DNA from: Hyaloraphidium curvatum SAG 235-1
Lineage: Eukaryota; Fungi; Monoblepharomycota
Reading direction: 5' to 3'
Length of the DNA stretch: 64,000 nt
Assembly: GCA_025558095.1 (NCBI GenBank)
Contig: JAIVFI010000014.1
Span: 688,702 to 752,701, forward strand
Position numbers and translations under genes: made by a program. The notes under the pieces are model-generated. The model was not told the origin of the DNA. It was given only the letters and a program-made list of their open reading frames with translations, and ran no database searches. Shown one piece after another: positions 24,041-33,613 of this stretch; the first letter of the stretch is position 1, and each line of letters begins with the position of its first letter.

Positions 24041-25173
24041 ATGGGTGATGGAGTGGACCAAATCAACGGCCTGGCGGTGCCCTCGCTGTTTGATGTCGCC
24101 GGCAAAGTCGTCGTCGGTGGGCCTACGGCGCCTGAAGCGATGTCGGCGACGTGCTGACCTGGTCTCCTTCGTTCCTACTCGTGGACCACCTTTCCTTCGC
24201 CAGTCACCGGGTAGGCGCAAAGACCACGTCCGTGTCGTTGGCTTAGTTGACCATTCCTTCACTCCCCCGTCGCCGATATCGTCTTTGTCGCGTCGGACCT
24301 CCCTGGCCTCTATCAGCGGCTCCCGCGGCATCGGCCTCATGATCGCCTCGGGCTTCGTCGCCAACGGCGCCGAGGTCTACATCACCGCCCGCTCCGCGGG
24401 CGACTGCGACGCCGCCGCGGCGCAGCTCAACAAGCTCGGGCCGGGCAAGTGCGCGTCGATCCCCGCGGACCTGAGCAAGGAGTCCGAGTGCAAGCGGTTC
24501 ACGGAGGAGGTCAAGAAGAGGGCCGGGCGGTGCGATGTGCTCATTTGCAACGCGGGGGCGAACTGGGCGGCCAACTTGGACACCTTCCCCATGGACGCCT
24601 GGGACAAGGTGCTCGCGGCCTTCACCTCTTGCTCTTTCGCCTCACTGAACTGTCTTCCTCCATCCCAGGTCCAAAACCTCAACCTCCGCTCCGTCTTCCA
24701 CCTCACCCAGCTCTTCATCCCCCTCCTCCTCGTCCGCGGCACCCCGTCCTCCCCCTCCCGCGTGATCAACATCGGCTCCATCGACGGCCTGACCTCCCCC
24801 TCCCTCGAGACCTTTGCCTACTCCTCTTCCAAGGCCGCGCTGCACCACCTCACGCACCACCTCGCCGCGCACCTCGGGCCGAGGGGGATCACGATCAACG
24901 CGGTCGCGCCGGGGCCGTTCCAGAGCAAGATGATGAAGGCGACGCTGGAGAGGATGGGGGACCAGATCGCAAAGAGGGCGCCGATGAAGAGGATCGGGAG
25001 GCCGGGGGACATGGCGGGCGTGTGCCTGTTCCTGGCCAGCGAGGCGGGGTCCTACGTGGTGGGCACCATCGGTAGCTGGTTGATTGCCGGGTTCGCTGAC
25101 CGCCGGCTTTGCTCCGCAGAACGGCGTCGTGCTGCCCGTCGACGGCGGCATCTGCATCTCCGCAAACCTCTAG
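24041..25173 (+). CDS. Short-chain dehydrogenase/reductase (RhlG-like), multi-exon with a 7-nt microexon
   Basis: LFDVAGKVVV-VTG-GSRGIG, LICNAG, INIGSIDG, YSSSKAA, VAPGPFQSKM, PVDGG. Confidence 0.88.
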
Positions 25174-25276
25174 ACGACTAGATTCCAGAGCTGCTTTGCC
25201 TGATTGCCGTACATTACCAAGATTGGAATACAAGGCAGCGCAAAATCCCATCGTTCCTTTATCCTCCTCCTCGCCA

Positions 25277-25883
25277 TCAAGAGCCCAGGTCCTCAAATCC
25301 GCCTTGCAGCCGATGATTCCACGGAATCACACCATCAGGTGCCGCCGAGACGAGGTATCGAAACCGCCCGACGCGGTACATTCTCATCTCATTATCGCGG
25401 CGGAAGCGGAGCAGCATGTCCCACATCCCCGTCACGTTGTTCGGGTAATCGTACTCGTAGGGCGGCCAGAGGCCGTCGTCGCGCAGGCGGTCCAGCATCG
25501 CGGGAGCATCCCAGAAGGTGTCCTGGTCGGCGTCCAGCACCCTCTCTACGGCGCGGCAGATGTTGCGTGGGGACCGCTGCGACCGGGCGCGGTGGGCCTC
25601 CCGCTCGGCGGCCTCCTGCAGGCGCTGGCGCTCGGCTTCGGCCTCGCGTTCCGCGCCGCCGTTCCTCGGCCCTCTCCCTGCGGCGCCGCTCCTCGCGCTC
25701 GCGCTCGCGCTCCGCCTCTTCCTCGGCGTACTTGCCCCGCGCCCACTCCAGAGGCCCACGCAGGGATTCGAGCTGGGCGGTCAGAAGTGCAGTCAGAGGT
25801 GAATTGATTGGAGTGAGTGCCACGTCTGCTTCTTCATCCCAAACAATAGAAGAGCATCCGTTCAGTCTTCGTCCATGCAACAA
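25277..25883 (-). pseudogene. Hypothetical charged coiled coil plus possible winged-helix protein, with an apparent frameshift near 25660
   Basis: The E/R-rich helix (AEEEAERERE...EERRR) continues in a different frame (AEREAEAERQRLQE...). No intron is evident at the junction. Confidence 0.35.
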
Positions 25884-26061
25884 GCTCGATCGTTATCCTT
25901 TGATCGCCAGCTCGATGGGTGGGATTCCCCCGCCACCCCGGCCGAGGGCTGGTGGGGCTGGTGCACATCCCCTCGGACCGAAGACCAGACACTTATGGCC
26001 CTTTCTCCTCAACGATCCCTAAAAAAACATTCCGCCAAACCGCACACCGCACACGCACGTC

Positions 26062-26680
26062 ATGCCCGCTGCCCGCTCGTTCCTGCTCCTCGCGCTCGCT
26101 GCGTTGCTCCTCGTGAGCACGCCGACCTCGGCCATGTTGGAGGAGCGAGCAGGCGTGTGCTTGGCGGAGGCTGACTGCCACCGACCCCGCCAGGCCGACC
26201 AAAGACAGTTCCCACGTCCTGTTTGCCAGGAGCTGCGCCGAGTGCGCCGAGAACTCCTTCTGGTACGAAAGCTCTCCTCCCTTCGGCCCCTGGCCGCCTT
26301 CCTGATCGCCCCGCACCTTCAGCGAATTCGGCTACCCTGATGCCCCGGCCTCCCACGTCGCCTGCGTCACCTACACCGTGTCGTCGCCCCACTCTCTGTA
26401 CCGCCGCTACGAATACACGGGTTCTTACGTCAACTGCATCACCTCCCGGACCTGCTGCGGCGCGGCCGGCTACGTCACCGGCGACGCCTTCTTGAACGCC
26501 GGAAACGCCGCGGAGTGCAAGGCCGCCTGCAACGCGGACCCCCAGTGCAAGGTGTACGACTTCTTCGAGGGTTCGTGCAGCGGCTACACCAAGTGCAACA
26601 CCTATGACGGAGAGAACCTGCACACCGGGGCGGTGTTCCAAGCCCAGGACAGCTCATACTGCCCGACCAGCGCGTGCTAG
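26062..26680 (+). CDS. Small secreted Cys-rich precursor with PAN/apple-like C-terminal domain (3 exons)
   Basis: Signal peptide, then HVLFARSCAECAENSFCEFGYPDAPASHVACVTYTVSSPHSLYRRY, then AAECKAACNADPQCKVYDF (PAN-like CxxxC..C). Confidence 0.65.
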
Positions 26681-26915
26681 GCCCGCGATGAATAAGGGAA
26701 ATCCGGTGGGTGAGCTCGATAACAGCGCACCGACGTCGCTCACTCTGGTCAGGGTAGTGCTTCGAGTCGCAGCAGTTCCGCTATATTGAGATGTACATCC
26801 TAGAGCCCAAATCCACGCCGCCGTTTGTTAAAGTTTCGCCTTGCGGCTCGCGTTGAGGATCTTCCAGTCCGCTGCCCGTATCGCTTCCCAGGCAGAAGCC
26901 GGTACGCACCGTCCG

Positions 26916-29372
26916 TCAGAGCTTGGCCTTGCCCGCGTTGAGGATCTTCCACTCCGCCTGCCCGTACGGCAGGTACGCCTGCTCCCCAGGGGGCATCCAA
27001 TACTGGCGGTCCTTGATCTTGTTGGGGTCGCAACCGTCGTTCTGAAGGTCGACCTTGCGATGCTTGTGCGTGCCCGTCACCTCGAGCTCTCCGTCCTGCA
27101 CGCGGAGGAATCTCGGGACGGCTGCGCGCAGTCAGTCGCTCAGCACTGCTCGTCGGCTCGCGATCCGAATGACCCACCGTAGTGCGGCAGCCGCTCCGAG
27201 ACCCACTTGCCCAACTCCTTCATGGCCGCCTTCTCCTTGGGCCCGCCCAGGTCCGCGACCGAGGCGTCCAGCCGCACCACGGCCGCGCCGATCCGGCCGT
27301 CCGACTGTGGAGGGGGGAGCTTGATGCCGTAGACATTGCATTCGCTGATGGCCGGGTGCGTCATGACAAATGTGCCGACTTCAGTCGTCTGTGACGCGAA
27401 AGACGGGTGAGCTCGCAAAAGACAGATCGCGATGCCGGGCAGCTCACCGAGACGTTTTCGCCCTTCCAGCGGAAGGTGTCGCCTATCCGGTCCTGGAAAA
27501 ACACAGGAATCAGGGATCAACTCGAGCAATAGATAGATGCTGCTACTCACGACGAAGAAGAGCCATCCGGGATACTCTCTGCGCAGCAAGTCGCCTTGCC
27601 GGAGCCACCTGTCGCCCTTTTCGAAGCAGTCCGTGAGAACCTGTTGGAAGGATGACAGTCCCCAACGTTACGGAAAGCACCTATCATGACCACGCCCCGA
27701 CCAACCTTCTTGTTCGTGGCCGCGACGTTGCCGTAGTACCCGCTCCAGTTGTCCACCCCGAGTTTGCTCTTCTCCGGCGGGTCGATCCTCCCGATCATCT
27801 CGCCCGGCTCGCCCCAGTCCGCGGGGATGCAGAACCCGTCCGCGTCCCGCACCGGCAGCTCCGTGTCCGCGTCCCACTTGACAAGCCGCGCGCTGCCGGC
27901 CATGCTGTCGAACAGCGGGCCGATGAAGCCGCACGAGCCCAGGGCGCCGGGAGGGGAGTCGGGGCCGTGGTTCTGGAAGGTGAGGATGTTGCCGTCCGTG
28001 GCGCCGTCTGGGGACGGAAGCACGGGTCAGGAGGGGGAAGGGCAATCATGACGGCGGAACCCACAGAACTCAAAGAGGTGCGGGATTCCGAACCGGTTCT
28101 TGAACTCCATCCAGATGTCGGCGCGCATGCCGTTGCCGAGGCCTCCGCGTATCTGGTGGGCGCGGTCGTACTGCGAGGGAGGGGTACCGACGAGGTAGCG
28201 ACCGAGCTGTGGACAAAAAGAACCAGTAATCAGCGCAGTGCCACTGGCAGATTGCTGGTCTCCCTGCCCACCTCGCCAATGTACTGGAAGACGGTCGCTT
28301 TGCTCTCCGCCGCCTCCTTGAAGAAGTTCCGCGCCGAGAACTTGCGCCCGACTTCGACCGCAAGATCAGCTCCGAGCACCCCGCAGACGCTGCGGGCCAC
28401 CCACGGACGAGCGGGATCCCCAGCATCCAGGCCAGCGTGACGCCGATCTGCCCGCTGGAGTGGAAGAGCGGCAGTGTCTGGTAGAACCTGTCCTGCTCGT
28501 TGAACAGGCCGGCGCAGACCCAGGAAAGGTGCGCCGAGCCGGCGCGGGAGAACGGGATGTTGGTCGCCTTGGGCAATCCGGTCGTGCCAGAAGTGTCTGG
28601 TCGGGTTCGAATGAGCGATCCGAAGGCGAAAAGCGACCAGTGCTCCCACAGATCAGGCACATGGTGTCCTCCTTCTTGGTCCCCTCCCGCCTGATCGCCG
28701 GATCCGGCTCCGCGTCGCTGTAGCCGAGCAGGATCTTCTCCGTGATCACCTCCACCTTGCCGCCCCGCTTGGTGATCTCCGACACAACCCTGTCCGCGCC
28801 GCCTTCGTTGTCAAACAGGACGAGCTTGACGGGCTTGGGCCGGTCCAGCAGTTTGTCGAGCGTCTCGAGGACGTGGTCCGCCATGGCCGTCTCGAAGACG
28901 AGGAGCTCGGGGCCAGCGATGTCGAGGCATCCAAGGAAGCTAGCACCGCGGAGGTTGTAATCTGGTCCGAAGCGACGTGGTCAGCATCAAGACCGCGAAG
29001 GACCCCGTGCCACCCACTCATCCACGCCTGCGCGACCTTGAGCTTGGCCAGCCCGATCTGCACCATGAGGAACTCGGGGCAGTTCTGGAGCAGCATCCCG
29101 GCCATCGCCCCCGGCTTGAGACCCATCCGCTCGCTCATGAAGTGGTAAACGCGGTTCGAGATGGAGTTGAGCTCGCGGTAGCTGAAGACCCGGTGCTGGT
29201 ACCACAGGCATTCGGCGTCGGGCTTGACCGCGGCCCAATCGCAGAAGTACTCGATGATGTGGAACTTCTTCTGCTCCCAGCGCCTGAGGATGTGCTCCGC
29301 GAGCTGCTCCGCGCCCTTGAGCGTCCTGAAATCACGCATCTCCGCGTCTATGAGTTCGACCATGTTGTGCAT
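26916..29372 (-). CDS. FAT1: Fatty acid transport protein / very-long-chain acyl-CoA synthetase, multi-exon; may start upstream near 29616
   Basis: AMP-binding TSGTTGLPKA, TLPLFHSSG, FQYIGE, DTFRWKGENVS, TGTHKHRKVDL. Confidence 0.85.
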
Positions 29373-29946
29373 CGCCTACGGGGATCGACAGTGACGTCGC
29401 GCGGCACAGAGCGCGGGGCAGAGCGTGGGGCGGATCAAGGCGAGGTGGGAGACGCGCGTTGGTGCGGTGCGGTGTGGGCGGGCGCGTCGGCGTGGGATGT
29501 GCGGGGCGTCAACGCGGAACCGGGACGCACGTCGGAGCGGGGCGAACCTGCGGACCGGCGACGGTTTGGTCGACCGACTTGTTCGAAGGCAGCTTCGGAG
29601 GCCAGGCCGGTGGCATTTTGGCGCGCTCGGAGCAGGCGGACGCGTGGGGGAGGGGACGGAGTTTGCCGCTGGGAGACAGAGGGAGGCGCGACGCCAGCGC
29701 CAACGCCGCGCCAGTCTCCGACCCGACCGAACAGAACACGGACAATTATGCTTGGGCGACATTCTTCTGCGTTCCAGGAGGCCGCAGGGGAACGGATTTG
29801 GCATTTGCGCTCCCAGTTTCGCCTTCGACAAGACGCAGGAAAAGATCATCGTATTGCAAGGCAGTGCACAGGGGCACGCTGCGTACAGAAGACCAAGGTC
29901 AAGATGAACTTCCCGAGAAGCCGCCGCGACGATCGCCATCGGCAGG

Positions 29947-30956
29947 TCACGGCTTCACCGCGACAACCTCGAGGAACTCGGCGTCGACGCGGACCTTCCC
30001 TTCCTCCCCGGCCACGTTGTGCCTAGCCCAGTGCTCCACCAGCTCGGCCTTGAGCTCCCCGCCCTTCTCGCCCAGAGCCTCGAAAGCCTTGACCGTGGGC
30101 CCGTAGTACCGCGCGAAGAAGGCCACGACGTCGGCCGCGGGGAACGGATACTCAAACGGGTAAGGCAGGCGTTCGGTCTTGACCTCCATGCCCGCGAAGC
30201 GGCGCCCGACGGTGGCTTCGTCGCCCCAGAGCACGGGCGACTGCATCATCGGCGAGGGCGGGGCGTGCTTGCCGACGATCTTGAACATCTGGCCGATGAA
30301 ACCCTGCGGCGTCCTGCGAGAAGACGGCGATCAGCTGGCGATCCGTGTCCGCAAGGGCGATCGCCTCACCAGTTGCACATGATGATCCTCCCGCCGGGCT
30401 TGCAGACCCTGGCCAGCTCCATGGCGACCTTGTCCCCCCTCGGCGCGAACATGGCCCCGAACATGCTGAAGACCACGTCGAACTCCCCGTCGCCGAAGGG
30501 CAGCTCCTCCGCGTCGCCCTCGACGAACTCGGCCGTGGCGCCCTCCTCCCTGGCCCGCTCACGCGCGCGGGCGACGAGGTTGGGGGCGATGTCGACACCG
30601 GTGACGTCGCAGCTCATCTTGGCGAGGGGAATGGCTGTCTGTCCGGCGCCGCACGCGACGTCGAGCACCTTCGTCCCCGCGGGGAACGAGTGCCGCGAGA
30701 GGTAGGCGATCGCGGCCGGGCGCATGTACTCGGCGAAGACGGCGTAGTTGCCCGAGGACCAAGTGGCCTTGAGCTTGGTCTGTGCGGGCCGGGAGGGCGG
30801 GATCAGTGAGAAAAGCTCGCTCGGGCGAGAAGCCACCACCTTGAGCATCGCGAACTCGGGGCTGGCGGAGACGTCCTGCTGCCCCAGCGACGGAGCTGCC
30901 TTTTCCATGGTGGCGGTGACGGGCTCGGGAACGGGGGGGACCTCGACGGGGGCCAT
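29947..30956 (-). CDS. Class I SAM-dependent methyltransferase (UbiE/Methyltransf_11-like), spliced
   Basis: VLDVACGAG, GVDIAP, EGDAEELPF, FDVVFSMFGAMFAP, RVCKPGG. Confidence 0.88.
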
Positions 30957-31340
30957 GGCGTGGTTGCGGCGCGGGGGGGTAGTGCGGTGCGGTGCGGTGG
31001 AGCTCGGCGCTGACGGGGGGCGGTCAATTCTGGCGCTGCTGGCGGCGGAAGAGCTGCTTTTGCACAGTTTCCCGAGGAAGCCAAGAAGGTGGAGCAGCGT
31101 TCCGTGCAGCGCTGTGGTCGAGAATAGGAGCCGTCGAGTCACCCGAATCATCCGCAACCGCGCAGTGCTGTGCTCCCATCCCCTGGCGGGAAGCCCTGCC
31201 CGACGGCACCTGCTTACCAATCGACGTCTGCGTATTTATGCAGGCGACGACGAAAACTACGGACCGGTGCGGATGGATGGGTGGTCAAGATGGAGATGAG
31301 GGAGTCGGCAGCGCCATCGGTCTGTCGCAGTTCGTCCAAA

Positions 31341-31369
31341 TAGTGTTAACGGCTCGGAGATTGGCACTA
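31341..31369 (+). repeat. Left terminal inverted repeat (including the terminal TA)
   Basis: 27/29 inverted match to 36854-36882. Confidence 0.9.
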
Positions 31370-31468
31370 GTTGTTGGGGAAATAGGCAAAATGCAACTAG
31401 AGAAATCCCCCTCGCCGAGTCCCTTCCCCGCCCGCCGTTCCCAGATCAACTTTGACGTGCCCGCAAAC

Positions 31469-32658
31469 ATGGAGAACACCCAGGCGAGCACCGCAATCAC
31501 GTCATCGCCGCTCGGGAAGCTCCAAAAGTCACGCCTGCGGAAGTGGAGAGACGAGAGCACCCGCATGGCCGCGCTACGCATGCTCCGGGACGGCAGCCCC
31601 ATGTCCGCAATCCGACGCACCCTCAAAGTCAGCAAGTCCTGCGTCTACCGCTGGTACAGGCAGTGGGAACAGGAACGCACCCTCAGCTGCAAGAAGCCCC
31701 CAGGACCGGCCCGCAAGTTCACGGACGCGGTGGCAGAGCTCGTCGTCGAGCACCTCGCTCAGCACCCCTCGTCGACTGCCAGGCAGCTCATCGCCGCGAC
31801 GGGCGCCCCGGTGAAAGAGAACGCCATCTACCGGAACCTCCGCCGCCTCGGGATCACCCACAAGAAAGCTGAGGACATGCCTGTCAACTGGCCCACCGCC
31901 GAACACATCGAGGACATCCGCACCTACCTGGAAACCATCGCCACCGTGCCCAAGGAGAAGCGCGTCTACATGGACGAGTCGTTCAGTCACCTCAACGCCG
32001 CCCCTACGCGCGGGTGGGCACGTCGCGGCCGCAAAGTCCGTCGCCACCGCGAGCGCCAGGCCCAGCGCTACATGTTCGCAATCGCAATCCGGCTTGATGG
32101 CCTGGTCCACCCGCCTGCCATATCGCGGGAGAACATGAGCGACGACGTGTTCATGCGGTACGTGCGCGCTCACCTGGTCCCCAACCTGCGGGAGGGAGAT
32201 GTTGTGATCTGGGATCGTCTCGGAAAGGTTCGGGCTCACTCTGGCAGAGAAACGCCTGACTGACTCGGCGATAGGCCGGGCGGGCGAAGAACCCATCCAA
32301 GCAGCACTACAACCCCGAAGCAAAGGCTCTGATCGAGGCAAAGGGCGCGCGCGTGGTGTTCTTGCCACCGAAGGGGAAGCAGTGAGCCCACGGAACATGC
32401 TCAGCGGTAGGGCGTGCTCACCATGCCCTCAGCTTCAACCCGATCGAGTTGTTCTTCGGCAAGGCAAAGAAGCACATTGAGCAGAGCTTTGTGGGCTCCC
32501 TTGCTGATCGGGAAGGGCGCCACCGGCGCGACGGCGAGCTGATCCGTGCCATCATGGAAGGTTGCGCGTCGGTGACCCCCAAGGACATCGCCGGATACTT
32601 CCGTGAGCGCTCAGACGACAGGGCGTTCAAAAAGGAGTATCCCTCCGTCGAATTGTAG
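31469..32658 (+). CDS. IS630/Tc1-family DDE transposase, 3 exons (31469-32227, 32275-32381, 32433-32658), about 363 aa
   Basis: N-terminal HTH (PMSAIRRTLKVSKSCVYRW), second HTH, LGITHKK, catalytic VYMDES, VIWDRLG and FLPPKGKHFNPIE. Removing two GT-AG introns gives one open frame. Confidence 0.9.
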
Positions 32659-32672
32659 CTAAAACACTTGCA

Positions 32673-33368
32673 CTAGAAACGCTCCCTGGGTCCGTTGTGC
32701 CTCTGGCAGCGCGTCGAATCGCAGCAGTGGTAGCACTTCTGCTGCCGGCAGGCGATGGCTGCCAACTCTCCGCAATCGCACACAGGCCCATCCTGATCGC
32801 TGTCGTCGTCGTCCGAGTTGTAGCCACGGGCCTCCCTTTCGCGTTGCGCCGCCTCGCGCTCGGCCTTCCTTTCCTCGTCTCGCCAGCACTTCTCGCACCT
32901 GCCATCGTCCATGCAGAAAGAACACCTATCGCACGTCGCACACTGAACGTCCGAGATACAGTTCTCGCAACCCCAGTCACAGCAGTCGTCGTAGCAGAAG
33001 ATCCGGAAGTCCTCCCACACCGGCTCGCCGCATTCGCAACGATGGATCTCCTCCAAAGTATCGTTTATGACGTCCTCAGTCCTTTCCGTGGAGGGCTTGC
33101 TCAACCAGGCGCCGCGAGACGCTTCCAGGATGGCCTTGTTTGAAAAGGAGAAGCGAGCCGCTGCGACGGTATCCGCCGCGTCGCGCGACCGCAAAAGGGC
33201 ACGAACGATGGCCTCCAGCACCTCCAGGGGCATGGAGGTGAGCGTGGGCGCGGCGGGAGCGGCGGGCGCGGAGCTCTGGTCAGGCGCAGGGTCCGTGTTG
33301 TCCGGCATGGTGGGCGCCACAGGCAAGCCCTCCACAGTGTTTGCGCGCTCAATTCCGCTCAATTCCAT
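32673..33368 (-). CDS. Transposon cargo gene: F-box-like N-terminus plus Cys-rich putative zinc-binding domains, intronless
   Basis: TLTSMPLEVLEAIVRAL (F-box-like); CECG, CCDWGCENC, CATCDRCSFC, CEKC, CDCG...CRQQKCYHCCDSTRCQRH. Lies inside the TIRs. Confidence 0.65.
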   Translation of the reverse strand: MELSGIERANTVEGLPVAPTMPDNTDPAPDQSSAPAAPAAPTLTSMPLEVLEAIVRALLRSRDAADTVAAARFSFSNKAILEASRGAWLSKPSTERTEDVINDTLEEIHRCECGEPVWEDFRIFCYDDCCDWGCENCISDVQCATCDRCSFCMDDGRCEKCWRDEERKAEREAAQREREARGYNSDDDDSDQDGPVCDCGELAAIACRQQKCYHCCDSTRCQRHNGPRERF

Positions 33369-33613
33369 TACAGACAGGCGGCGGAAAAGGCTTTATGGCT
33401 TTCTGGCGTGTTTCGTAATCGAACGGAGGAGAATGTTCGATCAGTTTCCATCAGATTCCGCTTGCGCAAGCGCGGCCTATTTGAGGGCGCGCACCCCCGG
33501 TCTTCCCCTCATCACTGCCACACCCCCGGCGCCCGCGGTGAGTCCCGGCGCCCGTCCGCCGCGCCTGGATAAGTTTCGGTGCTGATACTCATAGCAGGGC
33601 GCGCGGCGAGGCC

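Noticed and set aside
14102-30956. Secondary-metabolite gene cluster (P450, SDR, acyl-CoA ligase, methyltransferase)
   Set aside because: There is no backbone enzyme (PKS, NRPS or terpene synthase), and the genes are interspersed with unrelated functions.
30992-31468. N-terminal extension of the transposase ORF as given in the ORF track
   Set aside because: It starts at a non-ATG codon outside the left TIR and crosses the element boundary; it is probably a chance open frame.
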